64,000 nt of DNA from positions 124,001 through 188,000 of the forward strand of contig JADEYG010000003.1 of NCBI GenBank assembly GCA_016906335.1, given 5' to 3'. The position numbers and the translations under genes are program-made. The notes beneath the pieces were generated by a model. That model was not told where the DNA came from and did no database searches. It was given only the letters and a program-made list of their open reading frames with translations. Source of the stretch: Novakomyces olei (lineage: Eukaryota). Positions within the stretch are counted from its first letter, which is position 1. Every line of letters starts with the position of its first letter. Shown here piece after piece: positions 1 through 11,469 of this stretch.

Positions 1-2
1 GC

Positions 3-2723
3 CGGGAGCTTCCGATTCTTGATCCTGTTGCCCGATCGATGTTTGCTAAACGGCCAAAGTTAAAACAAATGCACTGGGATAAACTCGATACTGGCACAGA
101 CTATACAATGTGGTCACAGAACCGAATTGATTCTTCAGAATTGCGAAAGGTCTTACACGATCGTGGAATCTTGGAGCAAATTGACAAGGCTTTTGCCATG
201 AAAGACGTAAAGGTATTGACCGGCCGCAGAACCCAGCGAAAAGAATTGATGCCTACAGAATTACAGCATATGTTTGGTATTCAATTTCATAGATATGCGC
301 ATTTATCTGTGGAAGATTTGGTCACAAAGATTCTGCATTGTGATCCCGAAATGGTAGACAATTTTAGTGAGTTTTTGGGTTTGGAAAAATTGCAAAATCA
401 AGACAAGTTGAAACTGGCGTTGGAGCCTTATCGGACCGATTATCAGAATGGAGGGGCGGTCAAAATTTCAGGCGACAAAGACGTAAATGAACTTGCACGA
501 TGGGACCATTTTTATGTTAAAACATTTGTTGACTGTGGTCATTACTGGAACAGAAGGCAGCAGGCGCTCACATTTAAAGTACAGCTGGAACGTAATTATG
601 ACGGCCTACTTGCCCAGATCAGGGCCGTGGAACAGGCTTCGTTGGCGGTGAAAGGCTCAACAAATTTCCGGGAAGTTCTGGAGATCATTCTACACCTCGG
701 CAATTATATGAACGACACTCCTCGACAGGCTGCCGGGTTCAAATTGACGTCTTTGACGCGACTGCCATTGACTAAAGATGAGAGAAACACGATGAGCTTT
801 TTACAATTGGTTGAACGGATTGTTCGTCAGCAGTTCCCCCACTTGGAGCAATTTCTGCAAGACCTTTTAGGCCCCGTCGGTGAGGCTTGTCGGGTCAATT
901 TGGAGAGCTTGCAAACTGAATGCCGTTACCTCAAGACCACATTGACCGTAGTACAGAGGGCAGTTGATACGGGAAGCCTGAGCGATCGATCGGTAATGCA
1001 TCCGCAAGACAAAGTAGTGGATATGCTTGTGCCCTGGCTTCCAGAGGCAGAAGAACAGGTCTCCCGTGTTCAAGCGTTGCATGAATCAATGCTTACAACA
1101 TTTGATAACGTACTGCAATTCTTTGGGGAGCAGCCGACGGACTCTGTAGCACGATCTACGTTCTTCCGTAAATTTGATACGTTTATGACGGACTATAGAA
1201 AGGCTCAAAGGGACAATCTAGCAGCAGAAGAAGATTCAAAGCGTACAGAAATAAGACGCCGAGCCCTCGAAAAGGCGAGCCAAAAAGACATACTCGAGCA
1301 AGCAATGAAATCCGATACTAGGGCCAAAGCAGCGGAAGACGATGCCGTGATGGATAATCTGCTGGCAAAGTTACGCAGTGGTGCTCCTGCCGGACGTAAT
1401 CGGCAATGGCAGCGGAATCGACTTACCGGGTCTTCCTCGGCTCCAGGTGCAGCAGCCAATACAGGCCCGCAAACTTCCGATGACTCTTCGAACGGTGTTT
1501 CTTCACACATTGTTTCGCGGCGAGAAATGCTACCGTCCCAGCGTCTTGTTCCGTCTGCTTCGACTTTGGGGTTTCCAAGAACGGTGTCCAGTTCGTCTAA
1601 TCTTGCAAATAAATTGTCAAATAATCCAACAAAAACGAGCTCCCATCAACATTTGGGTCAAAATTTGAGTACAAAATCAGGGACAAGTGGCAGCTTGAAT
1701 GGAACTTTGGATGAATTGCAACAGGTAAACAGTAGAGATGAAGCAGGCAATGATTCCGGGGCAGACGATCCACAGAATTTACCTTCTACACCTCCGCTTG
1801 CAGACTCGTCTGCTGATTCTTATCGTGAATTATCTACAAAACCCGGCACGTCACCCTTAGTTACCGTGTCGGAACGGAGTAAATCCGCCACTGAAATGCC
1901 TCTCGATCTTTCTGCTAGAGCTCAGTCTATGCTGGAAGGTTTGCGGACGGGTAAAATTGCACGGACACCTCCAATTTCTCCTCACAAAAGCCTGCATCGT
2001 CGGAGCAAAACGGGGAACAGTACAGCACTTGCGCTCGGAGGCAAGCAAGAACCTTCACGTTCCGTAAGCACAACTACGCCGTTAGCCGCGTCGCCGCTTC
2101 GGTCTCGAACTGAAGACCAACGTTCGCCTATTTCGCCCTCTTATTGGCCCGTCAGTAAACAGGAGACGGACAATATGCAAAACGAAGCTGGAGATGAAGC
2201 TGGACAGCTTGGTACTTCGCCAGAGGTTAGTATCGCTGAAGCAAACGAGAATAGAGCTGATTCTGCTGCCGATGAAGAGGCGGATGAAACAGAGCTTAGA
2301 GCCGTCTTTGGCCTAGATGACGAGCAGCCCTCAGAGCCTTTGGCTACTGATCCAAGGCACAATGACAAGAATGAGCGCCAGAGCGCTGAACCTTCATTGG
2401 AGCCGGGTGAGCAGCATTCAAGCCATCATTCTGGATCAGAAAATACAGCAGGAGAAACAGACGAGACTAAACAGAGCGGTACAAGGCAAACCGCCTTTGA
2501 AACCGCATTTGACCCTGTACCCGAAGCTGACGATGAGCCTTTAAATGACTCCGTTGAGCAACAGAGCGCGTCTAACTATTCGGAAGAAAGTGAGGACGAA
2601 GATGAGCCAGTCAAAGCTGTACAACAAGACGAAACAAAGAAGGGATATGATATTGAGGATTTGGATGTTGAAGGCAATTTTTTTCGAATGCAGTCTTATT
2701 TGAATGAGGGCAATAGGGAATAA
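3..2723 (+). CDS. Formin (FH2 domain, DAD motif, long disordered tail); 5' end lies outside the window
   Basis: The frame is open from position 3. FH2 motifs KLKQMHWDKL and ILHLGNYMN..AAGFKLTSL are present, followed by the DAD-like AVMDNLLAKLR and about 450 aa of S/T/E-rich sequence. Confidence 0.93.
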   Translation, partial: RELPILDPVARSMFAKRPKLKQMHWDKLDTGTDYTMWSQNRIDSSELRKVLHDRGILEQIDKAFAMKDVKVLTGRRTQRKELMPTELQHMFGIQFHRYAHLSVEDLVTKILHCDPEMVDNFSEFLGLEKLQNQDKLKLALEPYRTDYQNGGAVKISGDKDVNELARWDHFYVKTFVDCGHYWNRRQQALTFKVQLERNYDGLLAQIRAVEQASLAVKGSTNFREVLEIILHLGNYMNDTPRQAAGFKLTSLTRLPLTKDERNTMSFLQLVERIVRQQFPHLEQFLQDLLGPVGEACRVNLESLQTECRYLKTTLTVVQRAVDTGSLSDRSVMHPQDKVVDMLVPWLPEAEEQVSRVQALHESMLTTFDNVLQFFGEQPTDSVARSTFFRKFDTFMTDYRKAQRDNLAAEEDSKRTEIRRRALEKASQKDILEQAMKSDTRAKAAEDDAVMDNLLAKLRSGAPAGRNRQWQRNRLTGSSSAPGAAANTGPQTSDDSSNGVSSHIVSRREMLPSQRLVPSASTLGFPRTVSSSSNLANKLSNNPTKTSSHQHLGQNLSTKSGTSGSLNGTLDELQQVNSRDEAGNDSGADDPQNLPSTPPLADSSADSYRELSTKPGTSPLVTVSERSKSATEMPLDLSARAQSMLEGLRTGKIARTPPISPHKSLHRRSKTGNSTALALGGKQEPSRSVSTTTPLAASPLRSRTEDQRSPISPSYWPVSKQETDNMQNEAGDEAGQLGTSPEVSIAEANENRADSAADEEADETELRAVFGLDDEQPSEPLATDPRHNDKNERQSAEPSLEPGEQHSSHHSGSENTAGETDETKQSGTRQTAFETAFDPVPEADDEPLNDSVEQQSASNYSEESEDEDEPVKAVQQDETKKGYDIEDLDVEGNFFRMQSYLNEGNRE

Positions 2724-4424
2724 CGAGTATTTAATATTTGTCCTCAAGTTTTTTGTTTTGTTTTGTTTAGATTTATTCAATCATTAAGCATTAATTTGTT
2801 CAACGTTTATATTTTTTCTTTTATTTATGTAAAGGCGGCTGATGCAGTTTATTGATACACAACATAGAGTGAGCATGATTTTATTTGACTTTTCGAAAAA
2901 CTAATTAACTGTATGAGTATCGGTTCGTTTTGAATTGTACAAATTATTTTAGACAAAGTTCCAGAATATAATGCAGAGAGGTACCGTAGACGATAGGTGT
3001 GGCAATATATTTCTGATAGCGACTAAATCCATTTTGTTTCGTTTGAATCCAGGCGTTAGCCGTTGCAGAGGAATCGAGAGTGGACAGAGTCAAAATCGCG
3101 CTATAAGCAAAAGAAATTGGAAGAGCAGCAATAATATCCAAAGAGTAAAATTCACGAATAAAAGAAGAAACTTTCCCTCATCAGCATAAACCAGATCTCC
3201 TCTTTGCAATTGGCATACAAGCAAGACTTAAAACAGAGTATATTTGGATCAGAATGTCTTAATGTCAATGTCTAAAATGTAGTCATCGAGTGCTTTTGCC
3301 CTCAATCCTTTGAAGAAATTCAGCCATCACTTCCAAACATTGATCTGGCAAAGGTTGGCCAGTCAAAGAGAGACTTTGTCTATTGGTCTTGCGTGTTTAC
3401 CTACTGCAAAGAGGCACTGAACAATGAAAATACTGAACAAGAAAAAATGGCAATTGGGTTCTGGAAAATAATAAATTTTGATCTATACTGAGAGCTAACG
3501 AATAACAGTAGATGAATTCTGTGTATACTTTGCCCCCGTTTTCTTTATATTTTTTCATCATTTACTTGATGAATTTGTGTAAACCAATTTAGACTAGTAC
3601 ATTTATTCAGAGTAAATTAATACCAAAAGAAGTATTTATTTCAAGCAACATTGATGGACCAATAAGGATGGCTGCTTCCAACTAACAGACAATAATGACG
3701 AGCGTCAAAGGATTCGCAATAGACCTGAATAACGACCCGAACAAGAATGGAAAGCGACAATTAGACTCAACTTTGTTCTTTACAAACTCGAACCATCTCT
3801 CTTACATAGTACGCCGCCCGTGTTCCCTATGTCGAGTGTTATTACCTATAGATCCAAGGCAGTTGAATTGCTTGACCAAATGTATAAGGTAGTTGACTAG
3901 CTTACTCAGCGAACAGCTTGTAGAGCTGCGTACAAAATTTCCATGTAATAGTTGTATGATATTCTGAGCGTGTAACTAATCGTGTTATTCAAGTTATTCA
4001 CTTTTGACTTGGTCGGGTAGATCGGTTTGTCTTGTACGGAGTACTACGCACATAATTTATACTGTAATTCTCTCAGTCTACCCCGCCATAATAGATAATA
4101 GATATTATTGTATTACAGGCGGGGGCCATTGACGGTCGCGACAGTCGAGCTGGGCACGAGGGCAAACTCTGCGTGCAAAATTACGTCCCCGTTAATTCAT
4201 GTATGTGTATGCGTAAATTAGTAAACGTAAATCGTAAAATGTTGCACTTTCCACGGACTTGATGCAAGACAAAAGCTTCTATAATCAGCTCGGAAAACTT
4301 ATTTTTAATCAGTAAATGACGTAAATGCCTGCCTACCCCAGCAATCAAAAGGGAAACAAGTGCCGAGGATCGGCCAAGCATTGGCATATAAGAAGACCCG
4401 TCGATTAGTGTGATAAAAGCCAGA

Positions 4425-4498
4425 CTCTGCACCATTCTGCACCATTCTGCACCATTCTGCAAACAGCTCTGCAAACAGCTCTGCAAACAGCTCTGCAA
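4425..4498. repeat. Compound minisatellite: 10-bp (CTGCACCATT)x3 followed by 12-bp (CTGCAAACAGCT)x3
   Basis: Read directly; lies about 80-150 bp upstream of the FDH ATG. Confidence 0.9.
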
Positions 4499-4577
4499 GA
4501 AATCCTGACTCGACCCTAATTAAAAGGCGTTAGGGTCAAGTGCTATCGGAATAGCCACTGTTTACGTGATTGCGAGA

Positions 4578-5738
4578 ATGAGCTTGAGCACTCGACTCTG
4601 TCGTGGCCTTTACGCGGCGGGTACGCGTAGGTTCAGCACCAGTAATACTGCACGCGACAAGATAGTAGCAGTGCTGTACCGTGGAGGCGAAGCGGCGCAG
4701 CAGCAACCGCGTCTCCTGGGTACTGTAGAGCACGAATTGGGTCTGCGCAAGTGGATTGAAAGCCAAGGCCATTCGCTGGTTTCCACGGCCGACAAGGACG
4801 GAAGCGATTCCGAGTTTGATCGGCTGTTGGCGGACGCCAATATTGTTATTACGACGCCCTTCCATCCCGGTTACTTGACGGCCGAGCGTATCGCCAAGGC
4901 ACCCAACTTGCGTGCCTGTATTACCGCCGGCGTGGGCAGTGATCATATCGACTTGGACGCGGCCAATAAGCGAAACATTGGCGTCTACGAAGTGACGGGC
5001 AGCAATGTTTCGTCCGTCTCGGAGCACGTGATGATGACAATTCTTACGCTTGTGCGTAACTTTGTGCCTGCGCACAATCAGTATGTGCAAGGCGGGTGGG
5101 ATGTAGCGGATATTGTGAAAAACTCGTACGATTTGGAGGGTAAAGTAGTGGGTACCGTGGGCATTGGCCGCATTGGAAGGCGCGTGCTTAAACGGCTCAA
5201 GCCCTTTGACTGCAAGGAACTGCTCTATTACGACTATGCAAAGCTCTCTGCTGAAGAAGAGACGGAGATTGGCTGCCGACGTGTGGAAGATTTGAAGGAG
5301 TTTGTGTCGCAGTGCGACGTTGTTACCATCAATGCTCCCCTGCACGAAGGCACCAAGCACTTGTTCAACAAGGACCTGATTAGCCACATGAAACGTGGAG
5401 CCTGGCTGGTTAATACTGCTCGTGGAGCAATTTGTGTGCCGCAAGACGTGGCCGCGGCAGTTCGCTCGGGACAGCTGAACGGGTACGGTGGAGACGTGTC
5501 TTACCCACAACCAGCTCCGCCTGACCACCCGTGGCGTACAATGAGCAATACCATGAACACTGGCGGTGGCAATGCCATGACACCCCACATTTCCGGGTCC
5601 TCACTCGACGCTCAAGCACGTTACTCCGCTGGAGTACAAGATATTCTCAAGCGATTGTGGGGCGGAGACTTGCAATTGCCCGCTAATATTATCGTTGAGA
5701 ACGGCAAGTACGCCAGCAAGGCTTACGGCCAGCGCTAG
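4578..5738 (+). CDS. FDH1: NAD-dependent formate dehydrogenase with N-terminal mitochondrial-type presequence
   Basis: Intronless, first ATG at 4578. Motifs [28 protein letters not shown] (NAD binding), PQPAP and [16 protein letters not shown]. Confidence 0.96.
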   Translation: MSLSTRLCRGLYAAGTRRFSTSNTARDKIVAVLYRGGEAAQQQPRLLGTVEHELGLRKWIESQGHSLVSTADKDGSDSEFDRLLADANIVITTPFHPGYLTAERIAKAPNLRACITAGVGSDHIDLDAANKRNIGVYEVTGSNVSSVSEHVMMTILTLVRNFVPAHNQYVQGGWDVADIVKNSYDLEGKVVGTVGIGRIGRRVLKRLKPFDCKELLYYDYAKLSAEEETEIGCRRVEDLKEFVSQCDVVTINAPLHEGTKHLFNKDLISHMKRGAWLVNTARGAICVPQDVAAAVRSGQLNGYGGDVSYPQPAPPDHPWRTMSNTMNTGGGNAMTPHISGSSLDAQARYSAGVQDILKRLWGGDLQLPANIIVENGKYASKAYGQR

Positions 5739-6774
5739 TGCTGAATTGAGGTGTCGTCGTCTAGTAAACAGCTAGTCCGGGGATATTGAGCAGAATTGTG
5801 ATAAAATGGCAATTGAACGATGGAAAAGGCATTCAAGAAATCTACGAGTGTAGTAAAGATAGAGTAGGCAGTAAGTTTATTTTACTGATTCGTTGGTGAA
5901 CGCGTTTGTAAATGATCAATAGGCCCGGTGGGTTCGTATGGTCCCTTTTTTTTTCCTTTTATTTTTTCCTTCTCTTCTTTTTCCCTTCTTTTCGTTTGCC
6001 CATGCACTGGCCTATACAACTATCGAGTAATACATTTCTCTAGCCAATTTTTTGCATCCTATTCCCAAATGATCAACAAAGTATAGAAGAAGCTTATGAA
6101 AGTTTGGCCCGGCTAATTGCAAAGCTTCAAAACTTGATGCTGGCGTTAGATATAGAAAAAGAAGAGCAGCCAAAACCTGTCGGCGTTGGCAATTAAATTT
6201 GTCGCGTAATCGCAATATACTATCGTAATCACAACACTTAATAATCACAATATACTAGTGCCTGTCTGTCATTCTCGTTTCACTTATTACCTAATACGGT
6301 TCTAATTCAATACGGTGATTCTATTTTTAAGCTGTCAGTTTGAAGGCATAACGTGATTCTGGTATTCGTGCTTTTTACACATATTAATTAGTCGTATGAA
6401 CTCAAGTAAAGGCACGGCATGTCACAAGCAATTTAACCGGACTGGTGGTATTTAGGCTTCATCAACCACATTGGCTTCATCGGCCTCGTGGCCGGTCTGT
6501 CTTTACAGTGGCAATCAGACAGCCAACAGCCACCCTTCCCTTCACCTGCTGCCTGCCTAGAACAGATTACACGACTAGCGTGAGATTACTTAGAACTCGT
6601 ATGGCTATAGTGTGGGGCCCCATTCCTGCTCTGCATCCCATGTGGTGGTGGTGGTGGTGGGATAGAACACCCTGGCATCCCATGCTTCAACCCACTTTAC
6701 GAGAGTCTATATAAGTGTATAGAAATAATTGAAGTTTGCCGCTGTAACCGAACCACAAACCTCAGACGGCGACA

Positions 6775-7719
6775 ATGACACTCACACTCCCGCGCGGCAT
6801 ATATACCCCAACTCTTACATTCTACCACGATGATCCAGAGCAGTCTGTCGATGTGGAAACTGCGGCAAAGCACGCTGTCCGCCTGGCACGTGCTGGTCTG
6901 ATTGGAGTTGTTCTCCAGGGTTCCACCGGAGAAGCCGTTCATCTGACCCGGGAAGAGCGCAAGCAGATTATCAAGGGCGTAAGGTCGGCCGTCGATGGAG
7001 CCGGCTACAAGTCGTTCAAGATTGTAGCCGGTGCCGGTGGCCAGTCGCTTACGGAGACGGTCAACCTGCTCAAGGACGCTAAATCGGCAGGCGCGGATGC
7101 CGGAATTGTTCTCCCGCCGTCGTACTTTTCAGGTCAAATGGACACGGAAACGCTTGTTGACTACTTTACTCGCGTAGCAAAAGCTTCACCGCTCCCCTTC
7201 CTCGTCTACAACTTTCCCGGTGTAACGAACGGCATAAACTTGTCTGGTCCTACACTCGCCCGGCTTGCTTCTCAGCCCAATATTATTGGAGCCAAGCTGA
7301 CTTGCAATACTATCGGCAAGATGACGTACCTCTCCGAGTACGCTGGCAATCTGCCCGCTGACTATGGCGAGTTTAGCGTTTTCACTGGCGGTAGTGACTT
7401 TCTTATTGCCGCCCACGCTGCCGGTGTCGCTGGCGCTATTACTGGTCTTTCTAACCAGTTCCCTCACCTTTTGGTCTCTTTGTGGAACGCCATCGAGGCT
7501 GGCGATATCAAGCGCGCTCAGCAGTTGCAGGCCGTTGTCACACGCGTCGAGGCCGCTACTGTCCCGGGTTTCATCCCCGTTTCCCGCGCTGTCTTGCGCT
7601 ACACTGCCCACTATGGCGGCAAGTCACGTGCGCCGCTGCCTGAAGTATCAGACGCCAGTGTGGCTGATGCTGTCAAGGAAGCTTGGGCTGTAGAACAGTC
7701 GCTGGCAAAGGGCAAGTAA
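6775..7719 (+). CDS. DHDPS-family class I aldolase, most like fungal L-threo-3-deoxy-hexulosonate aldolase (LGA1/GaaC)
   Basis: GIYTPTLTF, KHAVRLARAG, GSTGEAVHL, catalytic YNFP and Schiff-base lysine in IGAKLTC. Substrate is inferred; a HOGA-type aldolase is not excluded. Confidence 0.85.
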   Translation: MTLTLPRGIYTPTLTFYHDDPEQSVDVETAAKHAVRLARAGLIGVVLQGSTGEAVHLTREERKQIIKGVRSAVDGAGYKSFKIVAGAGGQSLTETVNLLKDAKSAGADAGIVLPPSYFSGQMDTETLVDYFTRVAKASPLPFLVYNFPGVTNGINLSGPTLARLASQPNIIGAKLTCNTIGKMTYLSEYAGNLPADYGEFSVFTGGSDFLIAAHAAGVAGAITGLSNQFPHLLVSLWNAIEAGDIKRAQQLQAVVTRVEAATVPGFIPVSRAVLRYTAHYGGKSRAPLPEVSDASVADAVKEAWAVEQSLAKGK

Positions 7720-8050
7720 AAGTAAATGGAGTAGGGTTTCTTATGCATGTGCTATCGGTAATTAAAAGGAAGACTGTGCATTCATTATTGGCTCTTTGCT
7801 ACACGTACGTTTCACGTGTACAGTAATTTCCAGTAGTAAAGGTTGCGTAAATAAAAGTTTGCTACATTGCACTTTTGCGCAGTTGCGTCTAGTCGTTGTG
7901 CCGCAACAATTATGTTTAATAGTATCTGGTCACGTGCTGCCCATCGTTTAATCGTATGCAAATACTAAAAGCAAGCGATTTTGTGGGGTTGTAACGAACC
8001 AAGTAATATAGCAGTCACTATATTGACGCTGCACAAATGCGATTGCTCAG

Positions 8051-8092
8051 TAACCCTAAAAGCGAAGGCTGAATTAGGGTTAGTTAGGGTTA
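8051..8092. promoter_or_regulatory. Telobox cluster (TAACCCTAA plus two TTAGGGTTA), candidate Tbf1/Teb1-type sites
   Basis: Three 9-mers at 8051-8059, 8074-8082 and 8084-8092 between convergent genes. Confidence 0.55.
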
Positions 8093-8297
8093 ATACGGTG
8101 CTATTACCCCGTTGACCCATCCATCCATGTGTGGCACACTGCCTTTAACGTTTATGCATAATAAGACTAACGCTTGAGACTTTGCTTCAGCTGTAACAAT
8201 GTATTATCTCCACTAATCAAATCACTAAACAAATCTCATAAAGAGCATCCACCTTTGACCCGTATTACTGACGTATCCAAAGTGTATCGTCCGCCAA

Positions 8298-8612
8298 TTA
8301 CGCTTGCGTATGCACCTCCTTGTCTGGCTCGACGCTGTCGATATGCTCATGCTGTTCCAAAGAGCTCACATGGTCCTTTGGAATATCGGCGCTGAACCCC
8401 TTGAAGGTGAGGTTATACGTATGCTTTATTTTGCCTGTCGTGCATTAGACCCGCATACGCTATCAAGCTTTGGGCAGCTTACCACCAGCGGCCTCAATGC
8501 CCTGCTTAGCCTTGCTGATAACATTGTCATCAACGTTTTTCTTAAATTTGACCTGTACAGTGTCAGCTATCATATTTTCTATATTTCGGCTTACAATAAA
8601 GGACTCGGACAT
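8298..8612 (-). CDS. PBI2: Small peptidase inhibitor I9 (proteinase B inhibitor Pbi2/POIA1-like), 74 aa, 3 exons
   Basis: Introns 8553-8594 and 8435-8482 (both GTAAGC..CAG) give MSESFIVKFKKNVDDNVISKAKQGIEAAGGKIKHTYNLTFKGFSADIPKDHVSSLEQHEHIDSVEPDKEVHTQA, with the I9 pattern FIV.FK / GGKI.H.Y / KGFSA / VE.D.EV. Confidence 0.9.
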
Positions 8613-8921
8613 GTTGTTGCTCGCGTGTAATTCAGCGCCGTGAGTTGTCGTTTCCGCTGTGTTGCAATGGCGTCACACGCGAAGCTACGATAATAAACAG
8701 CAAGGGTTTTCTAAATTAGTCAATACGCTCTTAAAGGGCAGGGTTTTTTTATTAATATGAACGTGCTCGCGCGCATAAACGAAAAGCCCTCGTAATACCT
8801 GTGCTGCGTAAAAGTATGCGTATAGGAGAATATAATTGAGCGCGCATAGGGTTTTCTTTATCCAGATTTGGGGACAGGTTGACATGACAATTGAAGTTTT
8901 TTGGAAAATCTTGAAATCTAA

Positions 8922-11469
8922 ATGGACGCGAACGCGCCCAGTCCGTCAGCGCGCGGGGTAAAAAGGAAGCATAAGAATTCCGAAACCGGCGCGATCCGTA
9001 ATTCACACGCGGAAAGGGATAACGATACGATCAGTGGAGACGTATCGTCCAACGAGGCACGGACGATTAGTAAAAGCGATAATGATTCACACATAATGCG
9101 AGAGGCACATGGAAGCCCTACTAAAGCGCGCAAGCGCAAGGATAAGGATGTACCGAGAGAAAATTACTATCCGTCTCTCGAATTTACACAGAATAATCTG
9201 TCTCATATGATCCGCATACAAGACTTGCAGGAGCTCGTCTTGCATATTCATGGAAATACACTAAGCCCGTCATATCTTCTTGTCAAGGTAAGGAAAGGCG
9301 GCCGCTTAGGTTTTTTCATCCTGGCTCTTTTTATTCTATTTCATTTTATTTTATTTTATTTCTTTAAATTTATGGGTTAATGCTTGCCAAACTATTCCGT
9401 TTGTGTTTTACCAATGTACCGGCTTTTTCCGTTGTCTCTACAATCTCCATTTTTGAATTTTGTTATTAGAATCTGCCAAACTTTTTCTTTGCCATTACAA
9501 TCTACCGATCTGCTCTCAAGCTTTAGTCTCTCACACCCCGTCTCTCTTGCCGCTATTCTTTGATCTATAATACTTTGCTGTCCTCATTGTCAGCCAAACT
9601 GACAAAATTCAGAACAAACGGCTTGTTAAGCACACGCTCGTACTATTCGTTCCCGGTCTCTCTCCCGAGCAGTTTGGTATAGTGGGCACTCCTGCACTAC
9701 CGCACCCAATTTCTAGGCAGGCCTTCAAGTACAGCGATGAATGTCCCGCGCTGGAGCAAATATTCCGTCTGGCGTGGCCAACAAGGTGCCCCGGTGGCAC
9801 ATTCAATGTCAACTCTCCGAGGGAAGCCTTTTTACAAATAAAATCCGCAAAGAAACCCTCCAGTGCTAAAAAATCTGGCAGTGTAACGATTGACGATCTG
9901 TTGTTATCGCCAGAGGCGATGGTAGAGTGTGAGTATTTCCTGCACCCAATGCAGAGCAATGAGCCTTTACCCGCCGATGTTTTGCCCACAAGGAAAGAAG
10001 AAGGCAGGAAAGAAAGAAGGGTGTACAGCCTTGACTGTGAGATGGTCGAGACTGTCCGTGGCCGGGCGATTGCTCGGGTCACACTTGTAAACGCCGATTC
10101 CTCAGTGGCACTTGATTCTTTGGTCAAGCCGGAAGATGAGGTGGCAGACTACCTCACTCAATGGTCTGGGATGACGGCAGAACGGCTGCAAAACGTCAGT
10201 ACGACGTTGGAGCAAGTTCAGCAACAGTTTTTGAGTATTGTTGGTGCACAAGATGTGCTGGTCGGTCACAGTTTAGAGTCTGATTTAACCGCTCTGCGTA
10301 TTGCTCACCCTAATATTATCGATACGTCAATCTGCTACAATCATCCACGTGGAGGCAACTACCGGCCGGCGCTTAAATGGCTGGCTCAGAAATGGTTACA
10401 GCGTGAGATCCAGACATCAGCCACAGGCGGCCATGACTCTGTCGAGGACGCTCAGGCAGCCTTGGACTTGGTACTGTTAAAATTGAAAAAGAACGACGCT
10501 AGTTTTGGCCGGTTTCACCAGGATCTAGAGAGCTTTTTCGATCGTGTCCACAGAGACAATGCTGGGATTAAAGGTGCCATAATTGAACGAGGCAGCGCCT
10601 GGACTGGGGCTCGGCAGCGATCACAGGCAGTTAAACGGTACGTGCTGCCTCAGAGTCAGAGTCTCGCTGTGGAACAAAATGGTCGGGAAAGGAATTTAGC
10701 GGACAACAATGCAGTCCACGAGGCTCTGTCTACTAAAGCACTGCCCATTGATAAAGACTTTTTATTGAGCAATGGGAATGGCTCTTTAGAAAATGGGGAA
10801 TTTGGGTCGGAGAATGGGTCCACTGCCAACGGGAATAGTACGCTCAACGGCCAGAAAGACGGTTCAAAATCAAACCAATCAGAGCAAGTTCAAGCTGCTT
10901 CAATACAAGCGCCGGAGGGAGCCGGTGCCACTGACGATACAGCTGCCAAAGTTGTTCAGCAAGCGTTTGCGGAAGGCGCTAACATTGTTTATGCCCGTTT
11001 GTACGATCTCGGTGAGGCCGCTGGATGGTCAAAGAAACGTGAGCCCGCAGATGTAGATGTAAAAGTAGTGGAAGGACCAGCAAAAGAAGATAGTATAGAC
11101 GAAGAAAAAGGAGGAGAAAAGAAAGAAGAAAAACAAGAAGAAAAACAAGAAGAAGAATCAACAGACGAAGGCTACGAGGCCAGAATGCGAAACGCATTTC
11201 GTGCTCTTAATAAACAACTTGTTGATATTTGGAACAATGCAGTTCCGCAAGGCACAGCACTTATAGTGTACAGTGGGACTGGCGATGTGAGGGAAATGTC
11301 ACATTTAAATCATCGTCAGCGGCTTCATCGGGCCGAGTATAGACAAAGGCCTTGGGACAAATTGGTGCATCGGTGGGAGGACAGTGACAGAGCTGCTCTT
11401 AAACAGGCTGTAGTGCAGGCGAGGATGGGTGTTTCCTTTTTCGCTGTAAAACACGATCAGACTGCTTAA
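8922..11469 (+). CDS. REX1: DEDDh 3'-5' RNA exonuclease Rex1/Rnh70-like, 2 exons
   Basis: Intron 9288-9612 joins the two ORFs in frame. Motifs SLDCEMV, VADYLTQWSG, LVGHSLESDL and GHDSVEDA. Confidence 0.88.

Noticed and set aside
2800..3900. Short ORFs and splice-like signals between the formin and FDH genes
   Set aside because: No consistent spliced frame or recognisable protein could be assembled on either strand.
4536..5588. 350-aa antisense ORF over FDH, and similar antisense ORFs over the aldolase, CYB2, SLH1, SDR and AKR
   Set aside because: Shadow frames of codon-biased genes, with non-ATG starts in many cases and no recognisable motifs.
5915..5960. GGTTCG followed by a T-run, resembling a tRNA B-box and Pol III terminator
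   Set aside because: No cloverleaf, acceptor stem or A-box could be built.
4578..7719. Alternative (CUG) genetic code, or bacterial transfer of the intronless enzymes
   Set aside because: CTG occurs at a conserved Leu position (FDH VLY), and both proteins carry fungal-type motifs; no positive evidence without a phylogeny.
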